DNA of 64,000 nt, from NCBI GenBank assembly GCA_951406725.2, contig OX597814.1, forward strand, positions 135,966,001 through 136,030,000, written 5' to 3'. The translations under genes were made by a program, and so were the position numbers. Position 1 is the first letter of the stretch. Each line of letters starts with the position of its first letter. Shown here in pieces: positions 43,125 through 54,899 of this stretch. The notes beneath the pieces are model-generated. The model did no database searches, was not told where the DNA came from, and saw only the letters and a list, made by a program, of their open reading frames with translations. Origin of the DNA: Octopus vulgaris. Taxonomy: Eukaryota.

Positions 43125-43330
43125 ATTGTTGTTTATTGCCTGAACAGCTATGATCAGGTAGACTTATGATCAAAGGCACTTCAGTGATGATCATTCTGTC
43201 TTGACACATAATGCATCATGGACTACATTATCTAATGTACCTCTTTCTTTGAGACAATAGGGTATGTTTTAGCAGAGATTTGACTACTATTTCTAGCAAT
43301 CTGAGTAACTATGTAGAGGTTTCCTCATTA
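43125..43330 (+). repeat. Dispersed repeat family D; copies about 6770-6905, 10245-10430, 34615-34810, 57790-58000
   Basis: Shared gttgtttag...tatgatcaaa.gc.ttc.ag...tttga.ggagatttggct.ctatttctagca. Confidence 0.6.
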
Positions 43331-45074
43331 GTTTAAGAAGAGAAGGTTGGGAGAAGTAAAAGAAATAATTTCATGTAGTACAGGGTATTTTAAAAAAATT
43401 TACTATCATTTCTGAATAACTACACAGTCTAGGCAATTGAGACTACTCTGGCTTAATGCTGAACAAAATAAAATTTATTCAAAGGTTTGAGAATTTCATG
43501 AATGGTTTCAGAAGAATTTTGATTTGTTTCTACATGGGCTGTTAAAATCATTTGAAAGAGAATTGGTCAAGTTATTAGATTACAAACTATTATCAATTTT
43601 ACCGAAAGACCCTGTATTTGAATGTTAGATATCACGAAACGAGATACTGAGATACAGTTTAACTTGTATTAGCTCCACACCTTCTCTTTCAGTTTCTTGT
43701 GTTTGATAATTTAGCTCTTAGGTAAGTGATAGATTAGTTTCTTTTTCTTTGATTTTTTTTTTATTATGAGGTAGAGTATTGACTTAGCCTCAGTATATTA
43801 CTGGTTCTCCTTAATTGGTGGAGCATGAGAAGAGTCAGTGTTGAACTAAATAGTCTTTGAGCTGAAAATATGCTTTTGTAATATTGACAATTCTCTGTAG
43901 CAGTTCTATTATTCCTCCATTAGATATAAAACCTCAGATTTCTAGAGGAAGATAATACAGAAGCTTTGATATCAAAACTTTTCCTAAAGTCAAAAAAATA
44001 AATAAATAAATAAAGCTTACACAGTTTACTGAGGCACCATTTATGGGATTTGAACCTTTGGCTCTTTGACTAAGTGGGTGAAGTCATATGATCTTAGATA
44101 TTGTGACTACTTTCATTATGATCTTCCATAAGCCTCTAATTTTTCTTAAAAAAAGTAATGAGAAATTATGACATTGATTCCTTTCTTAAAAGGGTCTTAA
44201 AACTTAGAAATATCTGAGTTAATCAAGAAGACCGAGTTGATCAACAACTTATTTAATTATGCTTCCTGAAGATGCTTCCCAATTTATATGTTAATGTTTT
44301 GCAAAAGATAAATTAAGTTGAGTGAATCTTTTATTTTATTCAGACACATCTGTCAAAGCTCTTTTAACTTTCAAATTAAAGTATGATTTCACGTCAGCTC
44401 TACATATGAAGGTAGCATTTGCCAATTATAAAGTGAGTTCTTTACAGCTGTAGGCTACAGTGCTCTATGGTACCTATTTGAAGTTTGTAAAGATTTTAGA
44501 CATTGTCATTGGACCACAAAGTGGTTTAGTAAACTGAGTTAAAGCCAAATTGTCACTGGTTGCAACTAAATACTGCAAGTATTTAGTTTGCAGTTGTTAT
44601 CTCTCAGCTTTCTATTTAGTTTAACTATAAGAAAATATAAGAGGTGTAGTTGCCAGGCAAGTTATTTGTTATCATGTATAGAAAGTAAATGAATTACAGC
44701 ATAGAAATCACATATTAGCCACTCAAAAACACAAAAGCTATCACTTCACTCAAACATTTATTATTTGGTGTCAAAAGTCTTGTTTCTATTTCATTGCATG
44801 ACATGCAGTGGAATCAAGACAATGACTAGGCTGTACTTAGTGCAAGAAAAATAAATTTAGACTCCAGATAATAAATATATATGAAGTCTACTTTGCTGTA
44901 ATTGTTTATAAATGATAACTTTTACTGAACCATTGTTTGGTAATAACTTCAAACCATATGTAGGATAGCTATAAAACTAGGATAAAAATGAAAAAAAAAA
45001 TTCTCAACTAAAACAATTTAAAACATATTTTTGTAATGTATATTTTCCTTGTTTTTTTTGTTTTGCAAATTTAG

Positions 45075-45174
45075 GAGGAAGATGTGGAAACCCCATGTGG
45101 TAACATTAGGGTTGCCATTCAAGGAGACCGAGCTAAACCAGCTATCCTTACATTCCATGATATTGGTCTTAACC
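45075..45174 (+). CDS. NDRG: NDRG-family exon EEDVETPCGNIRVAIQGDRAKPAILTFHDIGLN(H)
   Basis: Pyrimidine tract plus ttAG acceptor, donor C|GTAAGA, 100 nt, phase 0/1. Matches the NDRG signature ET-x-x-G...P-x-I-L-T-Y/F-H-D-I-G-L/M-N-H. Confidence 0.95.
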
Positions 45175-46890
45175 GTAAGATATATATTATTTTGGCTATT
45201 TTTATTGATTTTTGGACTGCTTAATTTTCCTGAAATTGTTTCTGTTCTTATTGACTATTCCCATTCATTTATGCTTGAAACAGTTCTTTGCCACAGACAC
45301 CACTTAACTCTAGCAGTAATCTATAGCTGTAACTTACAAAGAGGCAATTTCATGATTCAGTGTGAATTCAGACTGATTTGCACATTCTATCATGAAATTT
45401 AATAGGCTGAACAGTTGGATTTAACTTGCTGTTTACAGGTTTTTTTGAGGGATGGATTCTATTTAGAGCTCAATGCATAGTAGCCTCAATTCCACAATAT
45501 TTGCTAAAGAAGTGGTGCTTATTGGCTAATATATCATGTATTCATGAACATCAATTTGTTGGCGTCAAAAGAATTTATAAGCTTTGAGAGAATGTGAAAT
45601 AGTTAAATAATTCTCTTTGAAACAGTGGATCTTGAAGCTACTCAGCCTTCAACTTTTGCAACACAAGGGCTTTTTCAACCCAATATTTACATGCTTATTA
45701 TTTATAGCTTTATTTGCTTCAAGATCCACTGTTCCAAAAAAAAAATAATTTCATTTTATAAATTGATGTAATGTGAAATAAAACAGTCTAATGCTTTTTA
45801 GAGTAACTTATTGAAGAATAAATGTTGCTTCTGTTTAGTCTATTGTTTTTTTATGGTGTGTATTTTTATGTGTTTGTTTCTGTATCTGTGTGTGCATGTG
45901 TGTGTACACGTCTTTGTGTTCTGTATTTGCTAGACATGGATACATGCACACACATACACATGGACACATATACACACATACACACATAGATGCAGATGCA
46001 AATGCTTGTGCAAATAGGGATACACTCCATAGAAAGAATGGACTAAATAGACCAGGAGGACACATTGGGATGAAAGAAATGTTGCTTCATTATTCAGTTT
46101 GAACATTTATGACCTATTTGTAAAACAATATACGAATTTGCAGCAGTCTCTAACTTGTGTCAATAAGGAGAGAGAGAGAGAGAGAGAGAGAGAGATATGA
46201 TGATGATGATGTTTGGTGACCCACAGTGTTGAGATCAAATAAATTAACACACGTTATTGACTAAAACAGCAGTTCAAATAATGTTATAAATAATCTCATA
46301 AATTTACAGAACATGTAGATTATCTGCTTCAAAAAAGAATTTTATATTCTGTCATTACTACTATATATTATTTATCAGTCCATTTAGCTGTAAACAGCTC
46401 TATAGAGGTACAATTCTTTGTTGCAAGCACAACAGTAGCATTATTGTTACATTTCAGGCTCTTAGTCTTACATTTAAACAAGCAAATCTTTTAATTATTA
46501 CATCAGGCATGGTTCTGTGGTTAATAAGTTCAGTTCACAGCCGCAAGTTGTGTGTGTGTGTATAAAAATAATAATAATATGAGAGAATATTATTCCAAAC
46601 TTGCTAGGAAAAATTCAATTTAGAAATACTAAATCAAATTTCACAAAATATAATGATTGATTGATTGATTCTAGTTTCAGCTCTTGAGATGTGGCCATGC
46701 TGGGGCACCGCCATTTTAATATATATATAAATTAGAAAAAAACCCACCTTTTATCAATTCAATAATAAAATATTAAATTATACTATTGAGAAAGATTACA
46801 TATTATAAAAAGATTAAATATAAGATAAAACATATAACAATGATTAAGTAATGTGCAAAATAATAAATAAAACCTATATATTTGGTAGAA

Positions 46891-46985
46891 TAACGACACA
46901 TGTTTCGTGGCTATATTCAAGAAATGATAATAGTAATAATAATAGTAAAATCACTTCAATATAAATATAGCCACTCTTCAGGTTA
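46891..46985 (-). ncRNA. Type I hammerhead ribozyme motif, intact catalytic core
   Basis: Minus strand reads TAAC CTGAAGA GTGGCTATATT (46-nt loop) AATATAGCCAC GAAAC ATGT GTC GTTA. Stem I is 4 bp, stem II is a perfect 11 bp, stem III is minimal, and the cleavage triplet is GUC. Confidence 0.8.
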
Positions 46986-47135
46986 AAGATAAAAACAATA
47001 AAATAATTAATTAGATAAATTAATAGATATACGTAAATAATCTTGTAAAATACAAAATATCTTAACAAATATATTCTTGTTTAAATAAAAAAAATAGAAT
47101 AAAAAATAAGATACAATTAATTAAAATATTTGAAA

Positions 47136-47170
<35 letters not shown>

Positions 47171-47466
47171 AAATATATACATTAAATTAAATTATTAATT
47201 AATTTATTTATTTAATAAACATCTAAATAAAATCTTATACTCATTAAGTAATTTATATTAAAAATCTTAATGTTAAGTAATATACATAATGTTAGTACAA
47301 GCTATAAATATTAGAATTAAAAATAGGAAATGGTTCAAATATATACACAGCTATTAGATAAACTAACTATATTATTAATATATATGTAGTATCTATAGAT
47401 TTAATATTTTACTCAATTATATAGTTGACCAAAAATATCAATTAATATTAATATATATATAATATG

Positions 47467-47505
<39 letters not shown>

Positions 47506-47514
47506 GCATATATA

Positions 47515-49314
47515 TACCTAGCCAAAGATAAGCCCCTGTACCTGGCTTTTGTTGACATGGAGAAAGCCTTCGACAGGGTCCCTGATCCCTTATCTGGTGG
47601 TCAATGAGGAAACTAGGGATAGATGAATGGTTAGTGAGAGCTGTGCAGGCCATGTATAGGGACGCTGCTAGTAAGGTGAGGGTTGGCAATGAGTACAGTG
47701 AAGAATTCCGGGTAGAGGTAGGGGTCCACCAAGGCTCAGTCCTCAGCCCCCTCCTATTTATCATAGTCCTCCAGGCGATAACGGAGGAATTCAAGACAGG
47801 ATGCCCTTGGGAGCTCCTCTATGCTGATGACCTTGCTCTAATTGCTGAGTTGCTATCAGAACTGGAGGAAAAGTTTCAGGTGTGGAAACAAGGATTAGAA
47901 TCAAAGGGCCTTAGAGTCAATCTAGTTAAAACCAAAGTCGTAATCAGTAGGAAGGTAGACAAATCACAAACGCCTTCAGGTAGATGGCCCTGCTCGATCT
48001 GTAGAAAAGGTGTAGGTAGAAACTCTATAAGATGCACCAAGTGTAAGCTATGGACACATAAGAGGTGCAGCAATGTCAAAGGAAGGCTAACTAGGAAGAT
48101 GGTTTTTGTATGTGGCAGATGCTCAGGAACAATAAACACTGAAAATGCTCTGAGACCAACTTCCGTCACTTTCCAGGGAGAAAAACTAGAAATAGTTGAT
48201 AGTTTCTGTTACCTAGGTGACCAAGTCAGCAGCGGGGGTGGGTGTGCTGAAAGTGTAACTGCTAGAGTAAGAATAGCTTGGGCAAAGTTCAGAGAGCTCT
48301 TACCTCTGCTGGTGACAAAAGGCCTCTCGCACAGAGTAATAGGCAGACTGTATGATGCGTGTGTACGAACAGCATGCTACATGGCAGTGAAACATGGGCC
48401 GTGACTGCTGAGGATATGCGTAAGCTCGCAAGAAATGAAGCCAGTATGCTCCGATGGATGTGTAATGTCAGTACTCATACTGGCAGAGTGTAAGTACCTT
48501 GAGAGAAAAGCTGGACCTAAGAAGCATCAGTTGTGGTGTGCAAGAGAGACGTTTACGCTGGTATGGGCATGTGGCGAGAATGGATGAAGATAGTTGTGTG
48601 AAAAAGTGCCACACCCTAGCGGTTGAGGGAACCTGTGGAAGAGGCAGACCCAGGAAAACCTGGGACGAGGTGGTGAAGCACGACCTTCGAACTTTAGGTC
48701 TCACTGAGGAAATGACTAGAGACCGAGACCTCTGGAAGTGTGCTGTGCGCGAGAAGACCCGGCAGGACAAGTGAGACCATAACCCGTGGCCTTCTACATG
48801 GGATGGAGCCAGCCTACGTATGCATACCTTCCCTTCTTGGGACACAAAACTCTACTTGTGAAGACCTGTTGAGGCAAGTGAGGATCAGAATCGAAATCGA
48901 TCAATGGAAATTGCAGATGTGTTACCAGTGCTGGTGGCATGTAAGAGAACCATCCGTTCATGACCGTTGCCAGCGCCACCCTGACTGGCCTCGTGCCGGT
49001 GGCACGTAAAAAGCACCATTCGTTCGTGTCCATTGCCAGCCTCGCCTGGCCCCCGTGCCGGTGGCACATAAAAAGCACCATCCATTCATGGCCGTTTGCC
49101 AGCTCTGTCTGGCACCTGTGCGGGTGGCACATAAAAACCACCCACTACACTCACGGAGTGGTTGGCGTTAGGAAGGGCATCCAGCCGTAGAAACACTGCC
49201 AGATCTGACTAGGCCTGATGAAGCCTTCCTGGCTTCACAGACCCCAGTTGAACCGTCCAACCCATGCTAGCATGGAAAATGGATGCTAAACGATGATGAT
49301 GATGATGATGATGA
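47515..49314 (+). mobile_element. 5'-truncated RTE-clade LINE: RT, C-terminus, 3' UTR with internal repeats and (GAT)n tail
   Basis: AFVDMEKAFDRV, GVHQGSVLSPLLF, LLYADDLAL, FCYLG, RRLRWYGHVARM, GRGRPRKTW; stop at 48772-48774. Three single-base frameshifts near 47582, 48373 and 48482. Confidence 0.95.
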
Positions 49315-49540
49315 ATCACACCCTATGCTCTTCCCATGTTCCATGAGGGTCGACCAATGAGTACAAAAAGCAAGAAGAGAAAGTACGTAAGGATCAGATA
49401 AGTCCTTAGCTCCCAACAGTTTAGCAGGTTGGTGGGGGTGGGAGGGTCAAAGAGGTCAAAAACATGAAAGGTCATTGTTAATATCGTGTCAATCTCCATG
49501 ACACTCGGAGATTTTTCCTGGGCTAAGAAACTCAGTTATC

Positions 49541-49835
49541 AGATGTCCTCAGTCTACATAGTAGTAGAAAAGTACCACTGGTGAAAAACATCTCCTCAGT
49601 CCGCCTAGCTGTAAGTAGGTTCCACTGGCTAAAAGCAACACATCCTCAGTCCACTTAGCTGTAAATAGATACTACATGCTAGAAACATGTGCTTAGTCCA
49701 CCTAGCTGTGAACAGGTACCACAAGCTAGAAACATCCCGAGTCCACCTAATTCTAAATAGGCACTACATGGTAAAAACATGTCCTCAGTCCACCTAGCTG
49801 CATGTAGGTGACACAAGCTAAAACCATGTCCCCAG
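49541..49835 (+). repeat. Minisatellite, about 6 copies of a 45-50 bp unit
   Basis: cctcagtccacctagctgtaaataggtaccac..gctaaaaacatgt recurring at about 49547, 49594, 49644, 49691, 49736, 49783. Confidence 0.9.
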
Positions 49836-50997
49836 ACACAGAGAATATTTTCTTAGATAGTGCACTTTGATGTGTTCCTAAAAATTGCAGCCGCTTGGTG
49901 TAAAATATTCGGCAAGTTCTGTTGATCTGTTATTGTGCCGGATCTCTACATGTCCCACCTTCTGTATAAATATTATGGGAGAATCCTGAACACCCCCCAT
50001 GTGACTGAAAGTGGACTAACCAATTACAATGAATAAGAACTGAGTGAACTGTCAAGGGGGTAGTTAACCATGTTAGATTCACTGTTGAGTTAACAGTTGG
50101 TAGTTGAACAATGAATATGGAGTATCATACCTACGTTTGAGTTAATATATGTTTTTTGCAATAGGTTATTTTTAGATAACCACAACCAATTATTTATTTG
50201 TGTAATACCATATTACACTAGACATGTGTACCCACATCATCATCATCGTTTAACGTCCGTTTTCCATGCTGCCATGGGTTGGATGGTTTGAATGGAGGTC
50301 TGGGAAGCCAGGAGGCTGCACCAGGCTCCAATCTGATCTGGCAGTGTTTCTATAGCTAGATGCCTTTCCTTACGCCAACCACTCCGAGAGAGTAGTGGGT
50401 GCCTTTTACGTGCCACCAGCACAGGGTCCAGAGGGGACTGGCATCGACCATGTTTGGAAGGTGCTTTTAAACAAGAATTAATGATCTTAGACAGAGAGCT
50501 GGAGAAAATGCTTAACAGCATTTTGTCTGTATTTACATTCTTAGAGTATGATTGATCCATCCTCATTTCCTCTTGAGAATTCCTTGATGGATGCAAGTCT
50601 TGTTTGATCTCTCTCACAGACCTTTGTTTGAATAATTAGAGCTGAGTGAACTGTCAAAGAGGGTAGCTGATGGTGTAGTTAACCATGTTGGTTTAAACAT
50701 GTTGATTTAACAGTTGCTAGTTGAACTGTGAATACTGAATATCATACCTATGTTTGAGTACTACGGAATGATTTTCCCGTTAACATATATTTTCTGCAAT
50801 AGGTTATTTTTAGATAACCACAACCATCTATTTATTTGTGTAATACTATTTTATACCAGACATGTATACCCATGTCATAACAATATATCGTAACATTTCT
50901 GTCATGATTCATGAGAATATTCCAACTGTACCACACTTTCAGTCCTCAAAATGCATGAGGACCGATATATTTGTGAATTACTAACAATTACTTTCAT

Positions 50998-51370
50998 AGG
51001 TGCGGAAGTGGCTGTGTGGTAAGAAGCTTGCTTACCAACCACATGGTTCCAGGTTCTGTCCCATGGCATAGCACCTTGGGAAAATGTCTTCTACTATAGC
51101 CTTGGGCCAACCAAAGCCTTGTGAGTGGATTTGATAGACGGAAACTGAAAGAAGCCTGTCGTGTGTGTGTTTGTGTGTGTGTGTGTTTGTCCCCTTACCA
51201 TCACTTGAAACCAAAGTTGGTGTGTTTACATCCCTGTAACTTAGCGAGAAGGTAAAAGAGATCAGTAGAATAAGTACTAGGCTTACAAAAAATAAATCCT
51301 GGGTCAAACTGTTCAACTAAGGGTAGTGCTCCAGCATGGCCATAGTCAAATGTCTGAAACAAATTAAAGA
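50998..51370 (+). mobile_element. SINE family with CORE-like segment; copies about 931-1080, 3676-4000, 10435-10560, 11931-12080, 15935-16375(-), 23838-24170, 59545-59910, 61571-62085
   Basis: Recurrent gcaccttgggcaagtgtcttctactatagcc...gccttgtgagtggatttggtagac.gaaactgaaagaagcc followed by (GT)n. Confidence 0.85.
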
Positions 51371-51386
51371 ATTCAAGAATACATAT

Positions 51387-51423
<37 letters not shown>

Positions 51424-51432
51424 AGATATATG

Positions 51433-51490
<58 letters not shown>

Positions 51491-51496
51491 TGTAAC

Positions 51497-51806
51497 ACCC
51501 CATTGGTTACGACGATGAGGGTCCCAGTTGATACAGTCAATGGAACAGCTTGCTCATGAAATTAACGTGCAAGTAGCTGAGCATTCCACAGACACGTGTA
51601 CCCTTAACATAGTTCGCAAGGAGATTCAGTGTGACAAGGCTGGCCCTTTTTTGAAATACAGGTACTACTCATTTTTGCCAGCTGAGTGGACTGGAGCAAC
51701 GTGAAATAAAGTGTCTTGCTCAAGGACACAACATGTTACCAGGAATTGAACTCACAACCTTACGATCGTGAGCCAAATGCCCTAACCACTAAGCCACATG
51801 CCCTCA
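51497..51806 (-). mobile_element. tRNA-derived SINE family C; copy at 5485-5800(+), related heads at 25543-25760(+), 41770-41975(-), 42070-42200(+)
   Basis: A and B boxes on the minus strand plus gtgtccttgagcaagacactttatttcac.ttgctccagtccactcagctg. Confidence 0.8.
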
Positions 51807-52146
51807 TGTATAATATATATATATATATCATATATATATATATGTATATTATATACATATATCTATATATATATATATATATATATATGTATAATATATA
51901 TATAATATGTATAATATATATAATATATATGTATAATATATATAATATATATGTATAATATATATAATGTATATAATATATATGTATAATATATATAATA
52001 TATATAATATATTTTATATATATGTATAATATATATAATATATATGTATAATATATATACTATATATGTATCATATATAATATATATGTATAATATATAT
52101 ACTATATATGTATCATATATAATATATCTAATATATATAATACATA
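51807..52146. repeat. AT-rich low-complexity tandem tract
   Basis: atatatgtataatatata variants. Confidence 0.9.
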
Positions 52147-52674
52147 TAGCGGACCTTGAAGCAATCCAGAGAAGATTCACAAAGAAGATTGTCTCTTTGC
52201 AACTGCTCAGCTACTGGAAAAGGCTGAAATAGCTAAAACTCTACTCCCTAGAGAGAAGGCGGGAGAGGTATGCAGTAATATACATCTGGAAGATCTTGGT
52301 ATTGAAAGCTACAACAATGCAAGTACGGAACAACACCGCATAGTGCCAAAGATCCCAGCAACGCCTTCGCACTTCAGGACCAGTTACTGCAACAGCTTGA
52401 GTTTCAGGGGCCCACAGCTTTGTAATATTCTCCCAAAGAGCTTGAGGAACCTGCACAAAGTAGATGTAGGTGTTTTTAAATCAAAGCTGGACCTCTTCCT
52501 GTCAAGAGTCTCAGATGAACCTACTTCAATGCAAGAGGTGCAAATGAGGGTAGCTACATCAAACTCCATTCTTCACCAAGTGCCACACATTGGAGGAAGC
52601 TCTCAGTAATAACAGGGTAGCAAAACGGCAGTGCATCAGCATGGTCGCAGCTATGAGCTGAAACTGCAGAAATA

Positions 52675-52676
<2 letters not shown>
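52147..52676 (+). mobile_element. CR1-like LINE 3' fragment
   Basis: DLEAIQRRFTKKI...SYWKRLK*LKLYSLERRRER and GPQLCNILP...FKSKLDLFL. Short 3' tail; (TA)n-rich tracts on both sides. Confidence 0.85.
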
Positions 52677-52713
<37 letters not shown>

Positions 52714-52964
52714 ATGTACATGATGTACATATATATAATATATACATTTATGTTATATATATATTACATATGTTATATATTATATATATATTATATATAG
52801 ATATTATATATATATATATATAAATTAGAGAAAAACCACTATTATGCAATTACAAACAATGATAGACATAAACCAAAACATAAATAAAAAATAAAATATA
52901 TTTTTTTAAAACATAGCTAGATCACAAAAAGTACAAAAATGAATAAACAATATATAAGTAAAAA

Positions 52965-53069
52965 AATCTACATACGTTTCATGTCTATAATTTAAATTCG
53001 AATTACAATTAAATTTAAATTTAATCAAAAACAATTCAGTTTAAAATTATAGTCACTCTTCAGGTTAAC
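52965..53069 (-). ncRNA. Hammerhead-like motif in left arm of foldback element
   Basis: Minus strand: CTGAAGA GTGACTATAATTT...AAATTATAGACAT GAAAC GTAT GTA. Long stem II with one mismatch; stem I is poor. Confidence 0.6.
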
Positions 53070-54392
53070 AACAATAATAACAATAATAGTTAAATAAACA
53101 AGCAAATAGAATTAAACAATATTTCTTAAAGAAATAAAATCATGATTTTCTTATAGAAGAAACTCCATTAACTAAATTTGAAACTTAAAACATTCGGACC
53201 AGTTACCTACAATACATTTATTATGTTAAATATTTAAGGTAAAAAAATAGAGTAAACAGATAGAAAAACGTATTTATCTGTGAAGAAATAATTTAGTTTA
53301 ATAAAAGAAACAATAATAAACTATAGAATATCTTTAACCTAGCTATACTCTAATATTTAATTACCAAACTATTTTACAAAACAATCACTCTTAATATTTT
53401 TAGATTTTAGTTCACATATAATATAATTATAAAATAATAAATTTATATAAAAGTACGTATCTAAATTATAATCAACAAATATATTAATTAAAAATCTACA
53501 TTTTTTCAATCAATAAACATATAAATAATTAGATAAATAAATTACTCCTTTATTACTTAAATAAATATTATAGATATCATTCCGAAAATATTTATGAAAT
53601 TTTAAAATAAAGCTAAATATTTGTAGTTTTCATTGATAAAATGCTTCCATCTGTTTTTTCTATTTCTTTAAGCCACGTATTCACGAGTAAATTTATAAAT
53701 GCTAAGTCATACGGTTTTCATAATACACCTTTTGTATTATGATAAGTAGACATTTTTACTTAAGAAATATTAATGTACTCTATATAAGTATTGATTGTTA
53801 AATATGAATTTCTAATTTTTTAAAAATTTGTTAATGATAATTTAGATACATACATTTATTTAATTATTTTTATTTTATAATTATTATATCTGAACATAAA
53901 CTGTGAAATATTAGTTTGTCACTTTGTGATTTAGATAGTAAAAATGTTTTAGTATAACTAAAAGTTCTTATTATATTTCTAGTACTATTAAATTTAATAA
54001 TAATAATAATAAGTACTTTTTTGCAAGTAATTTTATAAACGATAAATTATACGTTTTTACTTTGGGATTTTTCATTTCTTATTTTTTATTTCATAAATAT
54101 TTTCAGAATGATATCTATAATATTTATTTAAGTAATAAAGAAGTAATTTATTTATTTATATGCTGATTGATTGAAAAATATGGATTTCTAATTTCTATAT
54201 TTTTTAATTATAATTTAAATATGTACATTTATTTAATTTTATAATTTTATAATTATTATATGTGAACTAAAACCTAAAATCATTAAGTGTGATTGTTTTG
54301 TAAAATAGTTTGTAATGTAAAATATTAGAGTATAGCTAGTGAAAAGATATTCTATAATTTGTTAATGTTATATTTAAAACTAAAATATATCT

Positions 54393-54570
54393 GAGACCGT
54401 GTGCTGGAACGAAAACAATTGCAGCGTGGAAGGTGTTTATAAGCCATTTAAGAAACACATAAAACCGATAGATTCACTTCAACATTTAAATTTAATTTGT
54501 CGAAATATTTTTGTCACTTTAAGACCGCGACCTGTTCACTGACAAAACATCGTATGCAAGTACATCTCCA
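54393..54570. mobile_element. 178-bp insertion with 12-bp target-site duplication in right foldback arm
   Basis: taaaatatatct at 54381-54392 and 54571-54582. The left arm shows the empty site near 53280-53300. Confidence 0.8.
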
Positions 54571-54792
54571 TAAAATATATCTTCACAGATAAATACATTT
54601 TTCTATCTATTTATGCTATATTTTTACCTTAGGTTTGAACATGATAAATGTATTATAGACACCTGGTCCTACTTTTTAAGTTTCAAATTTAGCCAATGGA
54701 GTTTCTTCTATAAAAACAATCATGATTTTATTTCTTTAAAAAATATTGTTTAATTCTATTTGCTTATTTATTTAACTATTATTGTTATTATT

Positions 54793-54899
54793 GTTGACCT
54801 GAGGAGTGACTATACTTTTAAATTGAATTGTTTTTCGATTAAATTTAAATTCAATTGTAATTTGAATTGAAGTTATAGCTATGAAATGTATGTAGTTTT
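54793..54899 (+). ncRNA. Hammerhead-like motif in right arm of foldback element (sense to NDRG)
   Basis: CTGAGGA (54799-54805) GTGACTATA...TATAGCTAT GAAAT GTAT GTA GTT. Inverted homologue of 52965-53069 and more degenerate. Confidence 0.5.

Noticed and set aside
39505-44590. Short hairpins at about 39510-39535, 40192-40222 and 44564-44588
   Set aside because: 10-11 bp stems in AT-rich DNA are too short for pre-miRNAs and have no other support.
45049-45402. 117-aa ORF overlapping the NDRG exon
   Set aside because: Different frame from the conserved NDRG peptide and runs into intron.
49215-49240. CTGATGA followed by AGCC/GGCT hairpin in the RTE 3' UTR as a hammerhead
   Set aside because: No GAAA after the stem, no stem III or UH site, and other tail copies change the CTGATGA.
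49541-49835. CRISPR-like repeat array
   Set aside because: Units are diverged and the intervening parts are homologous rather than unique spacers. The context is eukaryotic with no cas genes.
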